Origin: a virus
DNA length: 64,000 bases
IMG/VR virus record: IMGVR_UViG_3300045974_000806
Location: 32,001 to 96,000 of that record
Strand: one strand, 5' to 3'
The notes below the pieces were generated by a model. That model was not told the DNA's origin. It worked only from the letters and a program-made list of their open reading frames with translations, and ran no database searches. The translations under genes and the position numbers were made by a program. Of this stretch, positions 19,401-29,634 are shown piece after piece; the stretch's first letter is position 1, and each line of letters starts with the position of its first letter.

Positions 19401-20267
19401 ATGGCCGCAAAGAAGAGCAAGAAGACTGAAGCCCCCGCCACGTCCCCCGCCGCCGGCTCACCGCCCGCGGCCACCGCGTTCACCGTTGGCCAGCAGAAGG
19501 TGTTGAGCCTGCTCACCGGCGTCCTGTCCAACCGCGCGGCCACCCTGGGTGAACTGCAAACGGCCCTGGCGGCCGTGGGGGAGGATGCCGGCGCCGTGCT
19601 CCAAGGGCTGCAAGCCCGCGGGCTGGTGGTGCCCGCCGCCGGCGGCGTGATGGCCGCCCGGGATGCCGCGGGGAACTTCTGCGTGATGTCCGGCAACCCG
19701 CCGGCGGCTTCCGGAACCCCGGAACAGGCCCCGCCCCCGCCGCCCCCTGCCCAGGTCCCGCCCCCCGCGGCCGTGGCCCACGTTCCGGAATCCCATCCCT
19801 GGGAGGAATCCGCGGAAGAGGAAGAGGAGGGCGGGGACGACCTGTCAGAGGCCCTGTTGGAGAAGATGGAAGAGCAGACGGAACTGTTGAAGCGCATCTG
19901 CACGCTGTTGGAGCGCACGCCGGCAGCGGCCCAGGCCCCCGCGGCCCCGGGCCTTCAGTCCTGGCCGCCGGCCGTGGCCGCCCCGCCCCTCCCGCCGCCC
20001 CCGCCCACGCAGGGGATGGCTCCGCCCCCACCGCCGGCCCAGGTGGCCCAGCAGGCCATGCCGCCCCCGGTGTTCAACGTCCAGGCCCAGTTCCCCCAGG
20101 CCGGCCAGTTCCAGGCCCCCATGATGGCCCAGGTTCCCCCGGGCTACATGATGACCCCCCAGGGCATTGTGCCCATGCAGATGCAGCAGCAGCCGCAGCA
20201 GATGCAGACCATGGCCAACGGTGGCGGGCAGGTGGCCGCCTGGGTTCCCCCTGGTGCCCCGCGCTGA
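19401..20267 (+). CDS. hypothetical protein, wHTH-like N-terminus and P/Q/M-rich tail
   Basis: SD GAGGAG before ATG 19401; low-complexity C-terminal half. Confidence 0.65.
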   Translation: MAAKKSKKTEAPATSPAAGSPPAATAFTVGQQKVLSLLTGVLSNRAATLGELQTALAAVGEDAGAVLQGLQARGLVVPAAGGVMAARDAAGNFCVMSGNPPAASGTPEQAPPPPPPAQVPPPAAVAHVPESHPWEESAEEEEEGGDDLSEALLEKMEEQTELLKRICTLLERTPAAAQAPAAPGLQSWPPAVAAPPLPPPPPTQGMAPPPPPAQVAQQAMPPPVFNVQAQFPQAGQFQAPMMAQVPPGYMMTPQGIVPMQMQQQPQQMQTMANGGGQVAAWVPPGAPR

Positions 20268-20279
20268 AAGGACTCCGCC

Positions 20280-20621
20280 ATGACCACCACCTCCAAGTTC
20301 GTCAAGCATGACGCCGGCAAGAACCTGCTGGGATGCCTGCCACCGCGGGCGTTGATGTCCATTGGCCGCGTGCTCACCCTGGGCGCGGCCAAGTACAGCC
20401 GCGATAACTGGCACAAGGTCCGCGAACGGTCCCGCTATTACGACGCCCTGTTGCGGCATCTGTTCGCGTGGTGGGCCGGCGAGGACAAGGACCCGGAGTC
20501 CGGGGAAAGCCACCTTGCCCACGCCGGCTGCTGCCTGATGTTCCTGCTGGAATTGGAGGAGGTGGGCTTGGCGGAGGATGACCGCCCGCACTTCCGGAAC
20601 GACAAGCGGGTGAAGCCATGA
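20280..20621 (+). CDS. dATP/dGTP diphosphohydrolase-like protein (DUF5664 family)
   Basis: KHDAGK, GAAKY..DNW, YDALLRHL, DPESGESHLAHA. Confidence 0.82.
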   Translation: MTTTSKFVKHDAGKNLLGCLPPRALMSIGRVLTLGAAKYSRDNWHKVRERSRYYDALLRHLFAWWAGEDKDPESGESHLAHAGCCLMFLLELEEVGLAEDDRPHFRNDKRVKP

Positions 20622-20917
20622 GTTATTGGTCTGGCGACGAGGACGAGGAAGCGACGGTGGACATCTTCAAGGGCGTCACCGTCCAGCGTGAGACGGAGAA
20701 GGCTGTCCTTGTCACGCTTCCGGAGTTCGGCGGTGACAAGGACGTGCAGGTGTGGGTCCTCAAGTCCGTCATCACCGACGACTCGGAGGTGCATGACGTG
20801 GAGTGCTACAACGCCAACGGCCCAGGCAAGCTGGTGGTGAAGGGCTGGTGGACGGAGAAGGCCCTGGACAGCCACAAGAAGGCCAAGGCCATCCGCGCCA
20901 AGGGGAGGCCGGCATGA
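20618..20917 (+). CDS. hypothetical protein
   Basis: ATGA-coupled; ETEKAVLV...WVLKSVI. Confidence 0.6.
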   Translation: MSYWSGDEDEEATVDIFKGVTVQRETEKAVLVTLPEFGGDKDVQVWVLKSVITDDSEVHDVECYNANGPGKLVVKGWWTEKALDSHKKAKAIRAKGRPA

Positions 20918-21035
20918 CGCGCCCGTGGAGGCCCTGGGGAATCCGCACGCACCCGTTCATCCGGTGGCTGTGGTTCGTGTTCATGGGCGTGCTGGGACTG
21001 GCCACGGGCGTGTTGCTTGACGCCCTGTTCCGGAG

Positions 21036-21680
21036 GTGGCCGTGAGTTCAACAAACAGGGGCGCCACGCGCCAGGAACTGGACTACTACCGCACGGACCC
21101 GGCGGAGATCGCCGTGTTCCTGCGGGAATGGTTCAACGACGTGCCCAGCGCGCGTGAGTTGCTGACCACGGGCACCGTGCTGGACCCATGCGCCGGCGGG
21201 AACGTCAAGCCCGTGCAGTGGGAATACAAGAAGGGCGAGGTGGCCACCATCCAGCCGTCCACGATGTCCTATCCGGAGGCCATTGCGGCGGTGACGGGCA
21301 ACGTGGTGGTGACCAATGACGTGCGCCCGGACTCGCCGGCCATGATGCACCATGACTTCCTGACGGGGGACCTGGGCCTGTCAAAGCAGCCGGAGGTGAT
21401 CATCACCAACCCACCGTTCAGCATTGCCCAGCAGGTGATTGAGAAGTCCCTGACCATGGTCCCCGTGGGCGGGCTGGTGGTGATGCTGCTGCGCTTGAAC
21501 TTCTTTGGGAGTGACAAGCGGTTCCCGTTCTTCCAGGGGAAGATGCCCCAACGCGCCTACGTGCATCACCGGCGCATGGGCTTCACGCCCGACGGGAAGA
21601 CGGACTCCATTGAGTACATGCACGCGGTGTGGCACCGCGCGCGCGTTCCCAGCCCCGCCACCACCCTGCGCGTCATTTGA
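21036..21680 (+). CDS. DNA amino-methyltransferase (N6A/N4C type)
   Basis: VLDPCAG (SAM binding) and IITNPPF (catalytic). Confidence 0.85.
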   Translation: MAVSSTNRGATRQELDYYRTDPAEIAVFLREWFNDVPSARELLTTGTVLDPCAGGNVKPVQWEYKKGEVATIQPSTMSYPEAIAAVTGNVVVTNDVRPDSPAMMHHDFLTGDLGLSKQPEVIITNPPFSIAQQVIEKSLTMVPVGGLVVMLLRLNFFGSDKRFPFFQGKMPQRAYVHHRRMGFTPDGKTDSIEYMHAVWHRARVPSPATTLRVI

Positions 21681-22351
21681 GGCAACCATGAAAGAGACAA
21701 AGACGGATGACCTCGCGGCCCCTGGTGGCCGGCTCACCACCGACGAGGAAGCGCGCGGATGGCTGCTGGAATTGATCACCACCACGCGTGAGGCCCGGGC
21801 CGCATGCGACGGTGCAAGCAGCGCCGCGGACATGCGCCGGCTGCACAGCCGCTTTCTGGTGAAGCACGGCGCGGCCCTGGGCGCGCTGATGACCTGCTAC
21901 CGGTGCGGCCTGCTGAGTGACGTTGGCTACCATGAGATGCGCAAGGAAGTGCTGGACACCCTGACGCCCACCGTCATCACGGTGGTGCCTTTCACCGGAG
22001 GAAAACATGGTTGAACCGAAGAACGAGATCCCCCTGGACGCAATGCAGTTCAAGGACCCGCCGGAACTGACCGCCGGCAAGGTCCCTCCCATGGTGGGCG
22101 AGGGTATCAACGCGGTGATGCGCGTCCTGCCCAAGGTGCGCTCCCCCCTCCCCCAGGGGCTGTCCGATTCGGACATGATTGGCGTCCTTGAACGCCGCTC
22201 CCAGGTGGTGCAGGAACTGGCGTTTGCCCGCGGCATGGTTGAGGGCATGCTGTTGGCCGCGGCCGGCTACGGGTCCATCACCAAGGACCAGTTCCGTGAG
22301 CAGATGACCGTGCTACACACGGTGCTGGCCCAGCGCCCCCCGGAGTGATGC

Positions 22352-22591
22352 ATGCGCACCCACGCCACAAAGAACCAGACGTTGGTGGATGAGTTTGGGG
22401 AGCGCCTGCTGTCCGCGCTTCTCCGTCGTCACATGACCCGGGCGGACCTGTGCGTGAAGTCCGGGCTCAAGTACGACTCCGTGACCAAGCTGGCCCGCGG
22501 GACCCGCGCTCCCAACCTGCGCACCGTCGCATCCATCGCCACCGCCCTGGGCGTGACGGTGGCCCAGTTGCTTGAGGAGATGTCCACGTGA
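22352..22591 (+). CDS. XRE-family HTH regulator
   Basis: MTRADL..KSGL....VTKLARGTRAPNLRTVASIATALGV. Confidence 0.85.
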   Translation: MRTHATKNQTLVDEFGERLLSALLRRHMTRADLCVKSGLKYDSVTKLARGTRAPNLRTVASIATALGVTVAQLLEEMST

Positions 22592-22823
22592 CGTGTGAAC
22601 ACTGTGGGGAGGTGCCAGCGGAGGGTTCCGGAATCCCGCACCAGAACGTGTGCCCGCGCTTCACGTGCGCGCTGTGCGGTGCCAAGTTCGCGGTGTTTCC
22701 GGAACCCACCAAGAAGCTGTTTGGCACCTCCCCCCGGTGCGTGGCGTGCAAGAACGCGCCGGCCCCCAAAGGGGCGGCGTGGCGTGATAGTGTTTGACGT
22801 CCGTTGGCTTTGGTGGGGTCTGA

Positions 22824-23255
22824 ATGCAGCGCGTGCGGATGACGGAAGAGGAACTGCTGGCCGGCCTGGGCATCCTGGGCGTGACCCTGGAACAGTTCCA
22901 GCACCCCCTCCGGGCGAACAGCCAGGACGAGGGCGCGCGCCGGCTGGCGGACCTGAAGGCCAACGTGAAGCGCGCCTTCCGGAAGGCCGCCCTGGACCTG
23001 CATCCAGACCGCACGGGCGGTGACGAGGAAAAGGCCGGCCGCTTCAAGCTGGCATCCTCGGTGGCGGAGGTGGTGGAGGCGTTGACGCTCCACGTCCAGC
23101 GGCCCAGGCCCCCACCACCGGTCCCGCGCGGCGGCGTGGTGATCATCAACATGCAGCCCGGCGTCCACGTGCGCTGGACCACCGGCTCCGCTTCTACAGG
23201 CTCCGCCACCACCACCACGACCAATGGTTGGCCGTGGGACGCGGGCGGCTTTTGA
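22824..23255 (+). CDS. J-domain (DnaJ-like) protein
   Basis: KRAFRKAALDLHPDRTGGDEEKAGRFK with HPD motif. Confidence 0.78.
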   Translation: MQRVRMTEEELLAGLGILGVTLEQFQHPLRANSQDEGARRLADLKANVKRAFRKAALDLHPDRTGGDEEKAGRFKLASSVAEVVEALTLHVQRPRPPPPVPRGGVVIINMQPGVHVRWTTGSASTGSATTTTTNGWPWDAGGF

Positions 23256-23915
23256 GAGGGTGTCACCATGGACAAGATCATGAACAAGTTCTCCGTTTCC
23301 GACATGGCGTGGGTTCCCAAGGCTCTGAAGGCCATCGACCTGGGCGAGGGTGTTTGCGTGTCCGTCACCGGCCCGGACGCCAAGCTGATCATGCAGCACG
23401 TGCAGGACATCACCGCACGCCTGCCCATCATGAGCCTGTTCAACGCCGTGCAGCGTTTTGTCCCTGCCGTCGGCGCGGTCCACATTGACCCGCTGGTGGT
23501 GGTGCCCGTCCTGGCGTCCCTGGGCGCGCTGGGCGCCGCGGCCGGCTCCGTGGCGTTCGTCGCCGGCGTGGGCGTGGCGCACGGCATGAAGCTGGCGTTC
23601 ACCTATGACATGGGCAGCCTGCTGGACCCCATGGATGACGCCCTGAGCATCACGCTGACCAAGTGAGCGGCCCGCACCTTCCCACCGTCGCACGCTGGCA
23701 CCTCCCGGGCTCTTCCCGCCGGGAGGCGCTGTGCGGCGTCACGCTGCTGCCCTCCGCCAGCGTGCTGATGCCGGAACTGGTGGCTCACATCCACCACCCG
23801 GACTTTGACCTGCCCCTGTGCCCCCTGTGCCAGGAAGCCCAGGCCCCCACCCCACCCGGAACCTGATCACTTCCGGAACCCAAACCGGTGCAGATCCGCC
23901 TACTTGCGGAAAGTG

Positions 23916-23955
23916 TGCTTTTTGTCTTGTCTTCCGGAACCCACGGGCGCAACGT
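23916..23955 (+). promoter_or_regulatory. class-1 (early-type) sigma70 promoter, copy A
   Basis: TGCTTTTTGTC-TTGTCT-17 nt starting TCCGGAA-CAACGT. Confidence 0.7.
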
Positions 23956-23988
23956 CCCATCCCGCAAGACCAACCACGGAGCCACCCC

Positions 23989-24600
23989 ATGCTGAACTTC
24001 GCCGCCCTCTCTGCCGACCCCCACGCCCTGGCCGCCCTGGATGACCTGCTGGCCAGCAACACGGGCTTCCCCACGTTCCAGGCCCTACTGGACGCCAAGG
24101 GCTCCTACCGCCCCACCGTGGACGTCTCCACGCCGGAGATGGCCTTCCTGGCGGATGCGTATGACGCGGCCATGACCGCCCGCGGTGACGCCCGCCGCGC
24201 CTACCGCACGGGCAACCGCGTTGCGGCCCTGGTGGAGCGCACCGCGTTTGTGCCGGCCGCGGCCCTGGTGCCCGGGGAGGAGATTGAGGTGGAGGCGAAC
24301 CAAGGTATGCGCCCCGCCGTGGTCCTGGCCGTCCTGGGCCAGCGCGCCCTGGCGGAATACACCATGCCGGCTGGCACCACCGCGCTGATGGTCCTCGACC
24401 TGGGCAAGAGCGCGCGGATGTTCACGCAGGCCGCCACCTCCCCCTCCTACCGGACCTGCCCGCGCAAGTGGCTGGTGGCCATGGTGGCCGCCGGCACGCA
24501 GTGGGAGGGCAACGGGCAGCAAGGCGGCGCCCTGTCCTTTGCCAAGGCCCTGGAACTGGCCGGCGTGTCCTCAACGCCCGCCCAGAAGGAGTTGTTCTAA
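23989..24600 (+). CDS. hypothetical early protein ending in QKELF
   Basis: First gene after promoter A; SD GGAG. Confidence 0.7.
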   Translation: MLNFAALSADPHALAALDDLLASNTGFPTFQALLDAKGSYRPTVDVSTPEMAFLADAYDAAMTARGDARRAYRTGNRVAALVERTAFVPAAALVPGEEIEVEANQGMRPAVVLAVLGQRALAEYTMPAGTTALMVLDLGKSARMFTQAATSPSYRTCPRKWLVAMVAAGTQWEGNGQQGGALSFAKALELAGVSSTPAQKELF

Positions 24601-25480
24601 TGCGCGGTGACCTGTTGGAGACGGTGCTGGACGATTCCGCGGCCCTGGGTGATTCCGGAAAGCTGCGCCGCCTGGAAGCCCGGTGGCGCCAGCGCGCGGC
24701 CATGATGGCCCAGGACGGGTCCCTGGTGACCTGCCACGCCTGGGAAGAGGCCGCGGACGCCGCCCTGGCCCGGGCCGTGGCGGTGGAGTCCCGCCTGGGC
24801 GGCCGGGTGGACTCCGCCCTGTCCTGGGAGCGTTGGTCTGAGGCCGCGGTGCTGCGCTTCCGCGGAGGTGAGCCATGAACCCCTCCCACGCTGCCCAGGA
24901 TGCCCCCAGCGGGCTTCCGGAAGTCCTGGCCTTGCACTGCCCCACCTGCGCCCGTGCGCAGCGCCCTGCGCCCCTCATGCGCGCTGCAACGCTGCTGTGC
25001 CGGCGGACCTGCCCCGGCTGCCGGACCCGGTGGGTGCTGAAGGTGACCGTGATGCGGGTGACCGCCCTGGGCGCCATGCACCACCTTGAGTGGACCGTTG
25101 CCGCTTGAAGATCACCGTGGGATAAGGCCGGCCCGGAGGTGGTGCTCTGGTACGGGCCGGCCTGACCGAGACTGAGGCGGAACTTCTCCGGCTACTCCAC
25201 CACGCCCGCGGGTGTGATGGGGTCCGGTGCTCTACCTGCGCCCGGATTGACCTGCGGCTGCAAGATGGCCTGCCCCACGCCACGGATGACCCCACCGCCC
25301 GCTTCTACGTGGTGGCCGCCGGCCTGGACCAACTGGTGCGCCATCTGGAAGGCGTCTACGGCATGATGGAGGGCGCCCTGCTGCCCCCAGGAACCCGCCG
25401 GGCCATGCACGTGGCCGTTGAGGGGACCCACCGCATCCTGAGCCTGCTGCGCCTGCCCGCGGGCAAGGAGGAGAACCCCC

Positions 25481-25756
25481 TTGACTCAAGCCCCCCAACG
25501 CCGCCCCCGGACCCCGTTGCAGACCGCCCAGCGCGAGGCGGCATCCCTCCGCCAGGAACTGGAAGACCTCCGGCTACGTTTCGCCATCCTGTCACGGGAC
25601 AAGTCATTGTCCGACGAGCGATTGTCCTCCACTTCAAAGGCCCTTGATCGCCTGGACGCGGAACTGGCCGCGGTGCGGGCTCAAAGCGCGGCCCTGATGC
25701 TTTGGGCCACCGGTGGAATCAAAGGCGCCAAGCAGGTCAACCGGGAGTCCGCTTGA
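25481..25756 (+). CDS. small coiled-coil protein
   Basis: TTG start after SD AGGAGGAG; heptad pattern. Confidence 0.55.
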   Translation: MTQAPQRRPRTPLQTAQREAASLRQELEDLRLRFAILSRDKSLSDERLSSTSKALDRLDAELAAVRAQSAALMLWATGGIKGAKQVNRESA

Positions 25757-25809
25757 AGTGACGCCGGAGGCCCAGCGGTGGCATGATTCGCGTGGAAAGG
25801 GGAAGACCC

Positions 25810-26421
25810 ATGCGGATGTTCCTGTTGGTGCTGTTCCTGGCGGTGGTGGGTGGCAACGCAAGCGCGCAAAGTGATGCGTCCGTTCCGGATGCCCAGGTGG
25901 TGATGGACGCCGCGGTGGTGAACGTGGTGCCGGACCTGACGGCCCAGGTGGCCATCCCGTTGCCTCCCCCTGGTGCGATTCCGGAAGCCTCCCCACAAGA
26001 GGTGCTGTCCCTGGTGCGCCTGTTCACCAACGCGGTGAAGCACAAGGACTACGCCCTGGCCGCGGCGTTTGCCCTCATGGTCCTGGCCTGGGGACTCCGG
26101 AAGATGTTCCCGCGCCTGCCCCCACAGTTCATCCCGCTGGTGACCCTGCTGCTGTCCAGCGTGCCCACCATTGTGGTGGTGCTGAAGAGCCCCACGGTGA
26201 CCTGGGATGAGGCGCTGACCACGCTCTTTGTGGTGTGGTTCATGAGCGCCGGCCAGTGGGAGAACGCGGTGAAGGCGGCCCGGGACGGCGTGCCGGTGGT
26301 GCTGGCGTGGCTGTCCAAGCTGGCCCCGAAGAAGGAAGCGCCGGCCCCGGTGGACGTCACCGCGGTGGTGCCCGCACCTGCGCCCCTGCCCGTTCCGGAA
26401 GACAAAACGCCCAAGGCGTGA
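25810..26421 (+). CDS. membrane protein with signal peptide and about 3 TM segments
   Basis: MRMFLLVLFLAVVGGNASA signal-like sequence; hydrophobic helices. Confidence 0.7.
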   Translation: MRMFLLVLFLAVVGGNASAQSDASVPDAQVVMDAAVVNVVPDLTAQVAIPLPPPGAIPEASPQEVLSLVRLFTNAVKHKDYALAAAFALMVLAWGLRKMFPRLPPQFIPLVTLLLSSVPTIVVVLKSPTVTWDEALTTLFVVWFMSAGQWENAVKAARDGVPVVLAWLSKLAPKKEAPAPVDVTAVVPAPAPLPVPEDKTPKA

Positions 26422-26448
26422 GACGTTTTGGCCCCTGCCCACTACCTA
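26418..26448 (+). promoter_or_regulatory. class-2 promoter-like motif (copy 2)
   Basis: GTGAGACGTTTTGGCCCCTGCCCACTACCTA upstream of dcd. Confidence 0.7.
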
Positions 26449-26469
26449 TGGGAAAGGAGGCACAAAACC

Positions 26470-27042
26470 ATGCTGCTGAATGACTGCGAGATCGCGGCCC
26501 TGGCCGTTGAGCAAAAGATGATCACCCCGTTCTGCCCGGAGAACGTGTCCGAGAAGTACGGGAACAAGGTGGTGTCCTACGGCCTGTCATCCGCCGGCTA
26601 TGACATCCGGCTGGCGGATGAGTTCGCCGTGTTCAGCCCAGTCCGGGTGACGGGCGCGGTGGACGTGAAGGCGTTCAACACGGACGCCCTGGTGCGCTTC
26701 AACGCGGATGTTTGTGACATCCCCGCGCACAGCTACGTGCTGTGCCGCAGCCTGGAAACATTCCGGATGCCGGAGGACGTGGCCGCCACGTGCGTGGGCA
26801 AGTCCACCTACGCACGCGTGGGATTGATCGTGAACGTCACGCCGCTTGAGCCTGGGTGGGAAGGCAACCTGACGTTGGAGATCAGCAACAGCAGCCCGTG
26901 CCCCGTGCGCGTCTACGCCGGCGAGGGCATTGCCCAGTTGCTGTTCCACCGCCTGAGCGGCCGTCCGTCGGTCACGTACCGTGACAAGGGCGGCAAGTAC
27001 ATGGGCCAGCATGGCGTCACGCCCCCAAAGATGAAAGCCTGA
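26470..27042 (+). CDS. dcd: dCTP deaminase
   Basis: SYGLSSAGYDIRL, GKSTYARVG, TPLEPGWEGNLTLE, KYMGQ. Confidence 0.95.
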   Translation: MLLNDCEIAALAVEQKMITPFCPENVSEKYGNKVVSYGLSSAGYDIRLADEFAVFSPVRVTGAVDVKAFNTDALVRFNADVCDIPAHSYVLCRSLETFRMPEDVAATCVGKSTYARVGLIVNVTPLEPGWEGNLTLEISNSSPCPVRVYAGEGIAQLLFHRLSGRPSVTYRDKGGKYMGQHGVTPPKMKA

Positions 27043-27433
27043 GCCCATGGCGGACCCGCTCCGGAATCCTGGCCGCGGGGACGTGGTGGAATTGACGGAT
27101 GGGAGCATGCGCGTGGTCCTGCGTGCGGATGAGGTGGCCATCACGTTCTGGGACCTTCCGGCCCAGCGCGTGTGGACCACATCCATGAAGGGCTGGCGCC
27201 AGCGGGCCAAGGGCGGCCGGGTCATCCTGGGCGCGGAGAGAGACAGCTACCAGCACCTGTTGGAGTGAAGCCATGGAAGACCCGCGGTGGCTGCAATGGG
27301 TGTGGCGCGTGCTCCGGCGCGTGGACATCCACGTGGACTTCATCACCACGGAAGAAGCGGCCCAGGAACTGCTGGGGCGCGAGGTTCGGTTCATCTGGCG
27401 GCCGGTGATCCACACCGGCGAGGAGGAGTGACC

Positions 27434-28069
27434 ATGTATGTGGCTGTTGAGGGAATCATTGGAGCAGGCAAGAGCACCCTGGCCCAGCATCTGGCCAAAC
27501 GCATGGACTGGCGCATGCTGGCGGAACCCATCGACGGGAACCCGCTGCTGGGCAAGTTCTACGAGGACAGCGCGCGGTGGGCGTTCACCATGCAGATCCG
27601 GATGCTGCATGACCGCTACCGACTCCAACAGGTGGCCGCGCATGACCACCAACCGTGCGTGCTGGACCGGTCCCTCCCAGGTGACCGCGTGTTCGCCAAG
27701 CTGCAAGTGGACTACGGCAACATGCACCCCTTGGAGTGGGAAACCTACGAACGCTGCTACTACGCCATGAGCGCCATCCGCCCGCCCATGGTGATGGTCT
27801 ACCTGCGCGTGAACCCCGACGTGGCCATGCAGCGGATGGTGACCCGCGCGCGGGACGTGGAGCGGCACTTGCCGGTGGAGTACCTGCGGGACCTCGCGCG
27901 TGGGTATGACGACCTGATTGCCCAGATTGAATCCGGAAAGCACGCCTGGGGCCGCGGCATCTCTGTGCTCACGGTGAACTGGGACAAGCAGATCACCGGA
28001 CGTGACTACGTGGACACGCTGGACGCCCTGGTGCCGCAACTCACCGCGGCCATGGAGGGGCGTGTCTGA
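27434..28069 (+). CDS. deoxynucleoside kinase
   Basis: VEGIIGAGKST, EP, DRS..GD.VF, YLR, RAR..E. Confidence 0.9.
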   Translation: MYVAVEGIIGAGKSTLAQHLAKRMDWRMLAEPIDGNPLLGKFYEDSARWAFTMQIRMLHDRYRLQQVAAHDHQPCVLDRSLPGDRVFAKLQVDYGNMHPLEWETYERCYYAMSAIRPPMVMVYLRVNPDVAMQRMVTRARDVERHLPVEYLRDLARGYDDLIAQIESGKHAWGRGISVLTVNWDKQITGRDYVDTLDALVPQLTAAMEGRV

Positions 28070-28395
28070 TGCCGGCGGCCCCGCACCTGCGTTCCAGCAC
28101 GGCCAGGCAACTGCGCACGTCATGGCAGTTGCTGGCCCTGATAGCGGAGCGCCCGCGGACGGAGACGGAACTGGCCAAGCACCTGGGGGTGCCCCGCACC
28201 CTGGTGTGGCGCCACGTCCAGGCCATGCGCCAAGCCGGCATGCCCTTGGAAGCCGTGCCGGACCCCGCCTGGGGAGGAAAGCGCCGGCTGTGGCGCCTGT
28301 CCGGAATCATTCCCTGGCGGGTTCCGGAACGCGGCCTGGACCCGGAGATCAAGCCTGATCCGGCCGAGTGCTTTTTGTCTTGCCTTCCGGAATGA
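28069..28395 (+). CDS. winged HTH (HTH_11-like) protein
   Basis: ELAKHLGVPRTLVWRHVQAMRQAG. Confidence 0.7.
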   Translation: MPAAPHLRSSTARQLRTSWQLLALIAERPRTETELAKHLGVPRTLVWRHVQAMRQAGMPLEAVPDPAWGGKRRLWRLSGIIPWRVPERGLDPEIKPDPAECFLSCLPE

Positions 28396-28409
28396 AGCCG
28401 GACTAGGGT
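28369..28409 (+). promoter_or_regulatory. class-1 promoter, copy B
   Basis: TGCTTTTTGTC-TTGCCT-18 nt starting TCCGGAA-TAGGGT. Confidence 0.72.
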
Positions 28410-29603
28410 TCCGGGTTGCCGGAAGGACCGGCCACAAAAACGGAGCCACCATGACCACCGCCACGTTCGTCCCCTCCTGCTTCTTCCTGCGCTCTGACGT
28501 CGTTGTCATCGGTTCCAACCCGGAAAGCGCGGACATGGACAACCCGCGCGGGAGCCTGTTTGGCTACGCGGTCTACGTGGTGGCGGAAGCGTCCAACGGG
28601 GAGCGCATGGCGCATGACCACACGTTCACGGCCAGCCGAGAGAAGGATGCCCTGGCCCGCGGGGAGGCCCTGCTGGCCCGCATCCAGGCCGCGGTCTTTG
28701 GTCACGGCCGAGACATTGACCCCGCGTGCTGGACGCCGTGTGAAGCGGCCTACGGCTCCAACGCCTACGTGGCGGAGGTGGCCATGATGAGCCGGGAAGA
28801 GCGCGCCCAATGACCTGAGCGGCCGGCATAGCAGGACGGGAGAAGGGCGCCGACTGGGGCGCCCGGACCCGTTGAGGAGGTGCCCTGTGAAGCGCGCCAG
28901 TTACCGTGAAGGAATCGAGTGCATTGCCCTGAACGATGAGCCCACCAGCCTGGAAGTGGAGGACATGGAGGCCATGGCGTCCGTGATGCTCCAAGCGGTC
29001 CTGTTCGGCGTCACGCAAGAGCGCGTGGCCAAGGACGTGGTGCGCTTCCGGAAGAAGCTGGCCAAGGCGGAGGCGCGCTTGAGCAAGCTGCACAAGATCC
29101 CCACGCCGGTGGTGAGCGGCCCCTGGGTGCTGGTGCATGCCGTGGGCAAGGCGCCCGTGTTCGTGGGGGAGCAAGTGGCCAGCCGGGCCGGCTTTCCGGA
29201 CACGGTGCTGGGCGGCACCCCACCGCAGCACCCCGCCAGCACCGGCCGCGTGGCCGTGAAGCACGCCGGCGAGTTCTTCCCCAGCGTGTTTGGGATGACC
29301 TGGGTGCGCAGGGGTGAGGGCACCTCCCATGGGTGACGCCTGCAAGCACATTGGCCAGTGGCGCATGTACAAGGACACGGAGGGCTCCACGGTGACCCGC
29401 CGCGTCCTGTGCCTGGACTGCGGCGCCTGTCTGTACCGGGAGGACTGGCCGCTGGCGGACGTGGAGGAACACGTGGCCCAGGTGAAGCGGGCCGCCAAGG
29501 CCGCCATTGCCGCCGCCCGCGGCCCCCTCCGCACCTGCATCCACTGCAAGCGCGCCTTGGATGCGGCCGGGGAATGCAGGGATTGCCCAGCACGCCGCCG
29601 GCG

Positions 29604-29634
29604 GTGAGACGTTTCAGGCCCAGAACACTACCTA
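29604..29634 (+). promoter_or_regulatory. class-2 promoter-like motif (copy 3)
   Basis: GTGAGACGTTTCAGGCCCAGAACACTACCTA. Confidence 0.7.

Noticed and set aside
20280-20621. 2-aminoadenine (Z) genome
   Set aside because: No purZ in this window; DUF5664 alone is insufficient.
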